Assembly: GCA_002483745.1 (NCBI GenBank)
Contig: DLIM01000049.1
Span: 22,989-63,837, forward strand
Source of the DNA: Bacillales bacterium UBA7642
GTDB taxonomy: Bacteria > Bacillota_I > Bacilli_A > RFN20 > CAG-288
Reading direction: 5' to 3'
Length of the DNA stretch: 40,849 nucleotides
The position numbers were made by a program, and so were the translations under genes. The notes under the pieces were generated by a model, which had not been told where the DNA came from, did not search any database, and worked only from the letters and a program-made list of their open reading frames with translations. Positions 27,418 to 35,556 of the stretch are shown here, piece after piece (position 1 is the stretch's first letter; every line of letters starts with the position of its first letter).

Positions 27418-27444
27418 AGAAATTATCCTTCCTAAGACTAAATA
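27416..27444 (+). promoter_or_regulatory. Putative alternative-sigma promoter TTAG-N17-ACTAAATA upstream of the ABC pair
   Basis: Same motif and spacing as the recA and comEA sites; directly after the folD terminator; ends 19 nt before the TTG at 27464. Confidence 0.6.
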
Positions 27445-27463
27445 TCCTAGGGAGGAGTAAACC

Positions 27464-29425
27464 TTGATTAAACTAAATGGCGTTTCTTTTTCCTATGGCG
27501 ATAAAGAGATATTTAGAAATCTGAATGTGGCTTTTCCCGATAGTGGCTTAGTGGTTATTTTAGGAAAGTCTGGGTCTGGTAAGACCACTTTCCTATCATT
27601 GATTTCCGGTTCCTTGAAACCAAAGAGCGGAAGTATCACTAATTCCTTTCCTGATAAGCCTAGCTTATTGTTCCAGTCCCCGATGTTATTGGACTATCTG
27701 AATGTAGAGGAGAACGTCCTTCTTCCACTGCTTCTTGAAGGAAAAAGAAAAGCCTCCTGCCTAGAATCTTCCAGTAAGGCCTTAAGAGAAGTCTCTCTTC
27801 AGGGCTTTGAAAAAAGAGCGGTCAAAAAGCTCTCTGGCGGAGAAAAGACTCGTGTTAGTCTTGCCCGTGCCCTAGTAAAAGCTAGCTCGGTTTTGATCCT
27901 TGATGAACCGACCGGGCAGTTAGATGAGAAGAACTCTTTAGAAATCTATGAAGTAATAAAGAAATTAGCTAAGGAGAGACTGATTATCTTAGTTACTCAT
28001 GATGAAAAGAATGCTTTGAACATAGCTGACTATCTCTATGAACTGAAGGAAAAGAATCTTATTCTTTTATCTAAGAGAGAAAAAGACTTCTCGTTACTGA
28101 AAAAAGAGAAGAAACCTCAAGGCTCTTTAACTTTGTGGGAGTCTTTAAGAATCAATTCTCTCTTTCTTCTAAAAAGGAAAGCCCGGCTTGTTCTTACTTC
28201 TCTCTTCCTGGCTTTTTCCTTAGGTCTTCTTTATTTAGGGCTGAACTTTAAAAACGAACTAGATTATTCTTTGAATTCTTTGATGAATAGCTATTATTCA
28301 TCCAAAGAAGCTAATATCACTGTTAAGGAAAAAGTAGCTAGCGAGGGTCACCTTACTTTAGAAAGGTATTCTACCCCAAGCTTGGAAATCACTTCTTCCT
28401 TAGGATTAGAGGAATGCTATCCCTCATTTGACTATTTTGTGCCTGAGTACTATGAAGTAAGAATCAAAGATAAAGCGATTACGGCTTCCTTTCAGCCGGT
28501 GATAGAAGAAGATAAGAGCAAGCTTAAAGAAGGCAAAGGATTTGATAATCCTTATCAAGTAGTCATCAACGAATCTTTTCTTTCAGAAATTGGCTTAAAA
28601 AAAGAAGAGGTCTTAGGGAAAGGAATCATCATCAACAAAAGGTGCTTGATATATTCCTCAAGCTTTGAAAGCTCGGATCTAGTTTCAGTCTATGTTCCTT
28701 TCAGGATAACCGGAATCTCAAAAGAAAAGAACGCCTTTAATTCCGCCAGCGTCTATTACGACTATCGCGATATTGAAGAGCTTTTAGCGGAAACACTTCT
28801 TAAGAACATTTCTCTTGAGTTAGATGAAGAAGTATCGATTTTGTCTTTACTTCAAAATCCTCTCTACCAGAATGAAGACTTCGGCTCCAGAAAGCTTCTT
28901 TTTACCTCTTCAAGACTAAGTGAACTGAAGGAGAAAGCTGAAGAAATCTATGGTGAAGAGGTCAGCATCACTAGTAGAACTCTTAACATCAAAGAAAGCA
29001 CTGATCAGATTGTAGCTTCCTTAATGGAAGTCGCTCTAGCCTTTTTGGCTTTGACTTTAGTTTCTGCCTTTATGCTGGAATTCTTATCTGTCTATTCGCT
29101 CTTTGACGAGAACATCCGTCTATTTGCTTTGAGCAAAATGTTCTCTGACTCTAAGAAGAACAAGAAAAGGATAGCTTTAGGGTTAGGAAGCCTCTTTCTT
29201 TTACTGACCGTCTTCTTTCTGCTTTTTATTTCTCTTTTAGCCACCAAACTGATCAATGCCCTCCTTCTTAAAATCTATTATCCCTCCTTTTTGAAAGACT
29301 TTGATTTCCTTTCCTTTGCTTTTGTCCTATCTCTTTCTTTCTTAGTTACTCTTTTAGGCTCCTTGCTGCCTTTAAAGAGAATCAAAGACAGTGAAATCAA
29401 GAAGGAACTGGAAGGAGAAGACTGA
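27464..29425 (+). CDS. MacB/FtsX-like ABC ATPase-permease fusion
   Basis: Walker A GKSGSGKT, signature LSGGE, Walker B ILDEP, VTHD; then one TM, a large extracytoplasmic domain and three C-terminal TMs. Confidence 0.88.
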   Translation: MIKLNGVSFSYGDKEIFRNLNVAFPDSGLVVILGKSGSGKTTFLSLISGSLKPKSGSITNSFPDKPSLLFQSPMLLDYLNVEENVLLPLLLEGKRKASCLESSSKALREVSLQGFEKRAVKKLSGGEKTRVSLARALVKASSVLILDEPTGQLDEKNSLEIYEVIKKLAKERLIILVTHDEKNALNIADYLYELKEKNLILLSKREKDFSLLKKEKKPQGSLTLWESLRINSLFLLKRKARLVLTSLFLAFSLGLLYLGLNFKNELDYSLNSLMNSYYSSKEANITVKEKVASEGHLTLERYSTPSLEITSSLGLEECYPSFDYFVPEYYEVRIKDKAITASFQPVIEEDKSKLKEGKGFDNPYQVVINESFLSEIGLKKEEVLGKGIIINKRCLIYSSSFESSDLVSVYVPFRITGISKEKNAFNSASVYYDYRDIEELLAETLLKNISLELDEEVSILSLLQNPLYQNEDFGSRKLLFTSSRLSELKEKAEEIYGEEVSITSRTLNIKESTDQIVASLMEVALAFLALTLVSAFMLEFLSVYSLFDENIRLFALSKMFSDSKKNKKRIALGLGSLFLLLTVFFLLFISLLATKLINALLLKIYYPSFLKDFDFLSFAFVLSLSFLVTLLGSLLPLKRIKDSEIKKELEGED

Positions 29426-32238
29426 TGATTGCTATTAAAAACCTAGTTAAGAGGTATAAGAATTCTTCTGAGAGTGTCTTAAAAGGCATCTCCTTATCTT
29501 TCAATGATACAGGACTTTATTATCTGATTGGCAAGTCGGGTGCCGGGAAAAGCACCCTCTTAGCTATTTTAGGAGGCATGGACTTCGATTATTCTGGTGA
29601 AGTCTTTGTGGATGGTAAGGAATTGAAGTCCTTCAACGAGAAAGAAAAGGCCGACTACCGTTTTGAAAGCATCGGCTTTGTCTTTCAGGACTTCAAAGCC
29701 GATGAAGATGAAAGCGTCAAAGCCAATCTTTTAAAGGCTTTGGCTATCACTGACTTGAATGAAGAAGAAAAGCTATCGAGAATCAATGAGGCCTTAAAGA
29801 AAATCGGGTTAGAGGAGAAACTGAATAAGAAATTCAAAAGCCTATCGGGCGGAGAGAAGAAAAGGATTTCCTTAGCTAGAGCATTAATTAGGGATAATAA
29901 GATACTTCTTTGTGATGAACCGGTTGCTAGCCTTAATGAAGGGCTGAGGAAGGATGTCACGGAGATTCTTTTAAAAGAAAGCCAAAGAAGATTGGTGATT
30001 GTCATTACCCATGATGTCACTTTGATACCTGATAGTGCTTATCAGTATGAGCTAGTTAATGGAAAAATTAAGATCTTAAAAGAAAGCAAGAAGAGTACTT
30101 CATCTCCTTTGAAGCTAGGTTACCAAAGAAAGAAATATGGAGGAAAAAGCTTTCTCTCTTCCCTCTTTTCTTCCTTGATCAGTAAAAGAAAGTTCCTGAT
30201 AGTTACTCTTTTTACTTTAGCTATCTCTCTTTTTTCCATTACTTTTTCCTTTCTGTTATCTAATGGAGTATCTTCCTCAATGAAAGAATCACTTTCAGCC
30301 TATATGGACGATAACTCCTTTGTTATCAAAAACCGGGATGATAGCTATAAGACGGTTGACTATGAAACTGCCGACTATAATCAGCTTCTTTATCTAAAGA
30401 ACCGCTATCCTGACTATATCGATAATCTTTCTGCCTTTTACCTAGAAAGCTTTTCTTCCTTTCAGCTCTCTCAAGACTTCTTTCTTCAATGCAACAATAG
30501 GCATATTGAAATGAACCGCTTATCATTGGATTCCTTTTCTGAAGCCCTTACTTATAGCGAAGCTGATCTTCCCGGCTTCCTATCAATCGGGATTGGACAA
30601 GAAGAAGTCATTCTAGGATTAAAAGAAGCCGACTTTAAAAGCCTCTATTTGTTGATTTACCAGGAGCCTCTTGCTTTTATTGATGATGAAATCATCGAAG
30701 AAACGAATAATGAAATCAGGAAGAAGAATCTGACTTTGCAGTTAAAGGCTGATAAAAGCGAATGGAAGTATCATCTTTCCCATTCCTTCAAAGTAAGAGG
30801 GGCTTATTTAAGTGATAAAACTTCTTTGATTAATCCTTCAATTGATTTCTCCGACCACTTTGTCAAAGAGGTCTTGCATTTTAAGACTATCTTAATGGAA
30901 GAGGAGAAAAGCCCTGAGGAACCTTGGACGATAAAAAGAGGAATCGGATTAAGGCTGAAGAAGAGAAGGACTGCTGATTTTCTTAAAGCCTTCTTGCTAG
31001 ACCCTAAAAATGATCCTTATGTTCTAGCTCCTTTAATCAGTCAGAATTACTATGATAGGAGGGATAGCTTGACTCATAACCGCTTTTTAGTCTATAAGGA
31101 CTATCTTTCTAAGATCTCTATCAGTGCTATCAATTCCTTTGCCTCTAGCCAAGGAGAGAATGTCAGGAGTGTTTCTTATTCTTCTCCTGTCTATACCTAT
31201 ACGGCAAGCGGGTATATCAGCGGCTTTAAGAAACCTTTCTTTATTTCTAAATACAAGGATAAGCTTAATGAGATCGAGGATAATTCCTTCAAGACAAAAA
31301 ATAATCTAGGCGATTTTCAAGGGTCTTTAATTGAAGTGCCTAAGGGTGTAATCAAAGCCGACTTGTTTTCCGCTATGGATTCAAACGGACTGAGCTTTTC
31401 TTCTTATAGCAAAGATGATGTCCTCATTGCCGGCTATAAGCCAAATGATTATTCTGGCATCATGATTTCTTCCTCTTTAGCTAATGAGCTTTTCTTAGGC
31501 TCTGATAAAGCCTTAGATGAAAGCCTATCGACATTGATGCTTGAAAGGACTGTCAAAAAAGGAGAAGAATACCTAAATTACTTTTCTTCCGGAGAATTGA
31601 AGATCACCGGTGTCATCCAGAATGAAAAGAAAGTCATTTATCAGGATTATCTTTTCCCTTTGTCCTATGCCTTTTCTATCTCCTCTCTTCAGCCAAATGA
31701 AATTAGGGCAACGGAAGCGGTCCTAGAAGTAGACTTAAAAAAGCACAATGAAGACTATTATCAAAGAGAGCTGAACAAAATCGGCGATTATCAGGGGTCT
31801 TTTCCGATGCTGAAGATGACTGAGGAAATCAAGAAGACCTTGAATCAGTTGTCCTCTTTGTTTTTAGGCTTTGCTTTTCTCTCTCTAATCAGTTCCGCCT
31901 TTCTTTTAGGACTATCTTTGTTCCTGATTATCAGAAAAGAGCAGAAAGAAATTGGTATTCTTTTATCGCTTGGCTATTATAAGAAGGAAATAGGATTTTT
32001 CTTCTTAGTGTTTTCACTCCTTTTAGGATTAATAGGCTTTTTGCTGTCTCTTCTTTTATCATTGATGACTGAAAAAGTTTTAAAATCTACTCTTCTTGAT
32101 CTTCTTAAAGATTATCAGGCTTCTCTTCTTCCTTACTTAATCAGCTTCTTGACAGCTTTCTTCTTAACGGCTCTAATAGGAAGCATAATTAGGCTAAAAA
32201 TAGCAAAAATCGAACCAATTGATAGCTTTCTAAAGTAA
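29425..32238 (+). CDS. MacB/FtsX-like ABC ATPase-permease fusion with very large extracytoplasmic domain
   Basis: GKSGAGKS, LSGGE, LCDEP, ITHD; one TM, a ~530-aa loop, and an FtsX-type end (KEIGILLSLG) with three TMs. Coupled to the previous gene by TGATG. Confidence 0.9.
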   Translation: MIAIKNLVKRYKNSSESVLKGISLSFNDTGLYYLIGKSGAGKSTLLAILGGMDFDYSGEVFVDGKELKSFNEKEKADYRFESIGFVFQDFKADEDESVKANLLKALAITDLNEEEKLSRINEALKKIGLEEKLNKKFKSLSGGEKKRISLARALIRDNKILLCDEPVASLNEGLRKDVTEILLKESQRRLVIVITHDVTLIPDSAYQYELVNGKIKILKESKKSTSSPLKLGYQRKKYGGKSFLSSLFSSLISKRKFLIVTLFTLAISLFSITFSFLLSNGVSSSMKESLSAYMDDNSFVIKNRDDSYKTVDYETADYNQLLYLKNRYPDYIDNLSAFYLESFSSFQLSQDFFLQCNNRHIEMNRLSLDSFSEALTYSEADLPGFLSIGIGQEEVILGLKEADFKSLYLLIYQEPLAFIDDEIIEETNNEIRKKNLTLQLKADKSEWKYHLSHSFKVRGAYLSDKTSLINPSIDFSDHFVKEVLHFKTILMEEEKSPEEPWTIKRGIGLRLKKRRTADFLKAFLLDPKNDPYVLAPLISQNYYDRRDSLTHNRFLVYKDYLSKISISAINSFASSQGENVRSVSYSSPVYTYTASGYISGFKKPFFISKYKDKLNEIEDNSFKTKNNLGDFQGSLIEVPKGVIKADLFSAMDSNGLSFSSYSKDDVLIAGYKPNDYSGIMISSSLANELFLGSDKALDESLSTLMLERTVKKGEEYLNYFSSGELKITGVIQNEKKVIYQDYLFPLSYAFSISSLQPNEIRATEAVLEVDLKKHNEDYYQRELNKIGDYQGSFPMLKMTEEIKKTLNQLSSLFLGFAFLSLISSAFLLGLSLFLIIRKEQKEIGILLSLGYYKKEIGFFFLVFSLLLGLIGFLLSLLLSLMTEKVLKSTLLDLLKDYQASLLPYLISFLTAFFLTALIGSIIRLKIAKIEPIDSFLK

Positions 32239-32241
32239 AAA

Positions 32242-32255
32242 GATAACCGCTTACA
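32242..32255. promoter_or_regulatory. cre-like site upstream of csp
   Basis: GATAACCGCTTACA, reverse complement TGTAAGCGGTTATC. Confidence 0.45.
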
Positions 32256-32352
32256 TTTAAAAATTTCAAAAATCCTAACACCTAAAAGGAACTTTATGCT
32301 ATATTTGTACTTGCATTAAATATAATTTAGTGCGAAAGAAAGGGTTTAGACA

Positions 32353-32553
32353 ATGAAGGGTACTGTCAAGAAGTTCGACAAAGAAAAGGGCTATGGATTC
32401 ATCACTGGAGAAGATGGAAAGGATTATTTCTTCCACTATTCTCAGCTTATGATGGATGGATTCAAGACCGCCGAAGTAGGTCAGGCTGTGGAGTATGATG
32501 CCACTACCACCGAAAAGGGTCTCAGAGCCAATAACATCCATTTTGCTGCCTAA
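32353..32553 (+). CDS. Cold-shock domain protein
   Basis: 66 aa with RNP-1 KGYGFI and RNP-2 YFFHYS. It has Lys where the usual N-terminal Trp is found (VKKF). Confidence 0.95.
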   Translation: MKGTVKKFDKEKGYGFITGEDGKDYFFHYSQLMMDGFKTAEVGQAVEYDATTTEKGLRANNIHFAA

Positions 32554-32608
32554 GCAAAACTCGGCTCTTAGTCACATATCCTTTTAGATATAGTCGGCTA
32601 AGTATGAG

Positions 32609-32646
32609 AAAAAAGACCGCCTCTCAGCAAGGCGGTCTTTTCTTTT
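32609..32646. terminator. Bidirectional terminator between csp and the convergent kinase gene
   Basis: AAAAAAGACCGCCT-CTCAGCA-AGGCGGTCTTTTCTTTT. Confidence 0.9.
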
Positions 32647-32703
32647 GCCTGAATACTTAAATTGTTGATGAATAATAGCCTAAATAAGCCAAAAACCTAA
32701 TAA

Positions 32704-34341
32704 TTAACGGGCATCCTTAAAGGAAGAGCCACCGACAAATTCCCTCATCAAAGAATTGCAGGGGATGTTATTAGTCGGAATCGGTAAGAAGTATTTCACC
32801 ATCTGCTTAAGCCTAGAAGCCGTTAAGTATTCCTTTTGGTCAGGTCTTACTTTATCTAAAAGCGGTAAGACGATATTTCTTAAGGCGCAAGGCTCATAAG
32901 GGAAGAAGGAATCAAAGACAAAGTCGGCGTTTTCCTGAGTCGGGTAAATGTATTTGAATTCTCCTGATCGGACATTAGGCCACATATTGATGGTCTCTGT
33001 GGCATCAGAGCCTCTTGTTCTACTATCACGGGCAATTCTTCTTAAAAGTCTCATATCGGTCATGCTGACGGGAGTATGGTTATCGATGTTGACCTGCGGC
33101 TGAGGAGCAATATAAATCTTATATTTCTGGGCTTCAGGTATTGAAGGGGTGAGCTTTGGATTTAAGGCATGGATGCCCTCAATGATAATAGGCTGGTTTT
33201 CTTCAACTTGGATTGGCTTACCAAATGATCTAATACCATTCTTGAAGTCATAGACCGGTAAGGCTACGGCTTCTCCTTGAATCAGGTTAGTCATGATCTC
33301 ATTGAAGAAAGGAATATCGATAGCATCGATACTTTCTAAGTCCGTGCCTTCTTTTAAGACATCTTTAGGTATATAGAAGTTATCAACTGAGATTCTAATC
33401 GGACGTAAGCCTCTAGACATCAGCTCATAGAGCAAACGGTTAGCAAAGGAGGTCTTTCCGGAAGAAGAAGGACCGGCAATGCAGATCAATCTAACGATTG
33501 AGTCTCTACTGGTTATGTCCTCTCCTAAGGAAGCTAACATATTGTTGATACGGGCTTCGGAGACATTGATCAAAGCCATCTCACCATAGGTCTTAACGAA
33601 TTTGTTGATATTGAAGACAGTATCAAGATTATTCTCTTCGGCCCATTTTGAAGTGGAAGCTAAGGTGATAGCAAACTTCATTTCATCGTCAAAGGGAGGA
33701 ATCTCGCCATGGCATTCAGCTCGAGGCAACTGGATTAAGAATCCTGGATTATAGTAACGGCAATTGAATTTGGTTAGGAATCCGGTTGAGGGAACTAAGA
33801 AACCATAAAGATAATCGAAATAATCGATGGAATTTTTTTTGGCTTCGTAAAGATGGACAAAGTTCTCGCTGCGGTACTTCAAGACCTGAATCTTATCGTG
33901 GAAACCTTCCTCATGGTATTTAGCTAAAGCATCCTCTTTTGAGACTTTGATTTTCCTTAAAGGAATATCCTCTTTGACTAATTGCTTCATTTTGTCTTCG
34001 ACTTCCTGGACAAAATGGGTATTTACTTTAAAGGCTTTCTTTGTGACTACCCGGCAGAAGACTGAACGGGAAATGTTATAGAAGAACCTGACATCAGCTT
34101 TTGGCAAGATAGTCTTGATAGCTAATGCAGTCAAATATCGGACACTGGCTTCATAGATTCTACAGGCATCGGCTGAAGTAAGATCTAGGAATTCGACTGT
34201 GGCATCACAGTCATTATCAAAGACATAAGTAAGTTCTCTTATTCTTCCATTGATTTTGCAGCAATAGTATTTTTTTTCATCATCTTTTTTTAGAAGCGAA
34301 AGAACTGCCGTATTTTTGGCAAAATGTGATTTGATTATCAT
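32704..34341 (-). CDS. Nucleoside (uridine) kinase-family protein with N-terminal TGS/ThrRS editing-like domains
   Basis: N-terminus resembles the ThrRS N1/N2 region (INGRIREL, VPSTGFL). C-terminus has P-loop GPSSSGKTS, VDNFY, IIEGIH, RLLRRIARD and YIYPTQENAD. Confidence 0.85.
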   Translation of the reverse strand: MIIKSHFAKNTAVLSLLKKDDEKKYYCCKINGRIRELTYVFDNDCDATVEFLDLTSADACRIYEASVRYLTALAIKTILPKADVRFFYNISRSVFCRVVTKKAFKVNTHFVQEVEDKMKQLVKEDIPLRKIKVSKEDALAKYHEEGFHDKIQVLKYRSENFVHLYEAKKNSIDYFDYLYGFLVPSTGFLTKFNCRYYNPGFLIQLPRAECHGEIPPFDDEMKFAITLASTSKWAEENNLDTVFNINKFVKTYGEMALINVSEARINNMLASLGEDITSRDSIVRLICIAGPSSSGKTSFANRLLYELMSRGLRPIRISVDNFYIPKDVLKEGTDLESIDAIDIPFFNEIMTNLIQGEAVALPVYDFKNGIRSFGKPIQVEENQPIIIEGIHALNPKLTPSIPEAQKYKIYIAPQPQVNIDNHTPVSMTDMRLLRRIARDSRTRGSDATETINMWPNVRSGEFKYIYPTQENADFVFDSFFPYEPCALRNIVLPLLDKVRPDQKEYLTASRLKQMVKYFLPIPTNNIPCNSLMREFVGGSSFKDAR

Positions 34342-34420
34342 TTGAATCTCCTTAGCTTGCTCAAATATAAAGTGCTATTATTATATAATTATTATAAACT
34401 AAATCCAATGGGTTGTTTTA

Positions 34421-34429
34421 TGATATAAT
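34421..34429 (+). promoter_or_regulatory. Extended -10 promoter of greA
   Basis: TGATATAAT 26 nt before the ATG; SD AAGGAG. Confidence 0.6.
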
Positions 34430-34455
34430 TCTTATGCTAAACAAGGAGAAACCAT

Positions 34456-34929
34456 ATGGCCGAGAAAGAAAACATACTTACTAAGAACGGAAAGAAAGAA
34501 CTTGAAGATAAGCTTAATGATCTTATCAACAACGAGAAGCCTAAAGCTTTAGCTGATTTGAATTTAGCTAGATCACAAGGCGATTTAAGCGAAAATGCCG
34601 ATTATGATGCTGCTAGAGAAAAATGTCAGGAAATCGAAACTGAAATCACTAAGATCCAGTATGTTCTTGATCACTGCACCATCATTGCCGATACTAAGAA
34701 GGGCAATACTGCTAGATTAGGCGGTGGCTTAATCTCCGTTAAGAACATCTCTACCAATAAGGAATACTCTTTCACTATCGTTGGTTCAGCTGAAGCTGAT
34801 CCTCTTACTGGAAAGATTTCCAACACTTGCCCGGTTGCTCAGGCTGTCCTTAATCATCCGGCTGGAGACACTGTTAAGGTCAATGTCGCTAAGCCTTACG
34901 AGCTTCTTATTGAGAAGATTTCTGACTAA
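34456..34929 (+). CDS. greA: Transcription elongation factor GreA
   Basis: ARSQGDLSENADY, IVGSAEADP, ISNTCPVAQA. Confidence 0.96.
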   Translation: MAEKENILTKNGKKELEDKLNDLINNEKPKALADLNLARSQGDLSENADYDAAREKCQEIETEITKIQYVLDHCTIIADTKKGNTARLGGGLISVKNISTNKEYSFTIVGSAEADPLTGKISNTCPVAQAVLNHPAGDTVKVNVAKPYELLIEKISD

Positions 34930-34960
34930 TTAACTCTATTGTAGAAATATAAGACCTATC

Positions 34961-34989
34961 TTAGTGATTTGACCCCCTTAGACTAAATA
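34961..34989 (+). promoter_or_regulatory. Putative alternative-sigma promoter TTAG-N17-ACTAAATA upstream of comEA
   Basis: Same motif and spacing as the recA and ABC sites; ends 21 nt before the ATG at 35011. Confidence 0.62.
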
Positions 34990-35010
34990 GTCTATGAGGA
35001 GGTCAAGATT

Positions 35011-35556
35011 ATGCTGAAAATTATTATCATTGGCATAGTTGTCACTATCGTAGGTCTTTTTGCGTTGTCGGCTGTCAATAAGTCGGTTTCCGGGAATGGC
35101 AGTAATACGACTAATGGTTACTTGTCATCGGAAGTAAGTGATGAGAATACGGCTAAAGTGGCTATCAGCGGTGAAATCAATCATCCGGGTGACTACACTA
35201 TCTCCATCGATGAGAGCTTAGGTACATTAATCACCATGGCTGGAGGCGTAACTTCGAAGGCTGATAGCAAAGCCTACAACGAGAGTATTCTTATCTCGAC
35301 TAGAACCTCTTTCTATATTCCTCCAATAGGTGAAGTGCCTACCACTTGTGTCGAGACTGAAATTGAAAAGGTCAACATCAATACAGCCAGCAAAGACTCT
35401 TTGGTGGGAGTCGGATTTAACTCCGGGCAAGCTTCTGACCTGATTGATTACCGCTCGACCAATGGCTTCTTTGAAGCTATCGAAGACATTCAAAACGTTA
35501 AAGGAATCGGAGCTGCTACTTTTTCTAAAGTTAAGAACAAAATCTGTATTAACTGA
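35011..35556 (+). CDS. comEA: Competence DNA receptor ComEA
   Basis: N-terminal TM, SLBB domain (ISGEINHPG, MAGG), HhH domain (KVNINTAS, VKGIG); directly upstream of comEC. Confidence 0.92.
   Translation: MLKIIIIGIVVTIVGLFALSAVNKSVSGNGSNTTNGYLSSEVSDENTAKVAISGEINHPGDYTISIDESLGTLITMAGGVTSKADSKAYNESILISTRTSFYIPPIGEVPTTCVETEIEKVNINTASKDSLVGVGFNSGQASDLIDYRSTNGFFEAIEDIQNVKGIGAATFSKVKNKICIN

Noticed and set aside
32704-34341. ThrRS-N plus uridine kinase architecture as a novel fusion
   Set aside because: This ~550-aa architecture is a known family widespread in anaerobes.
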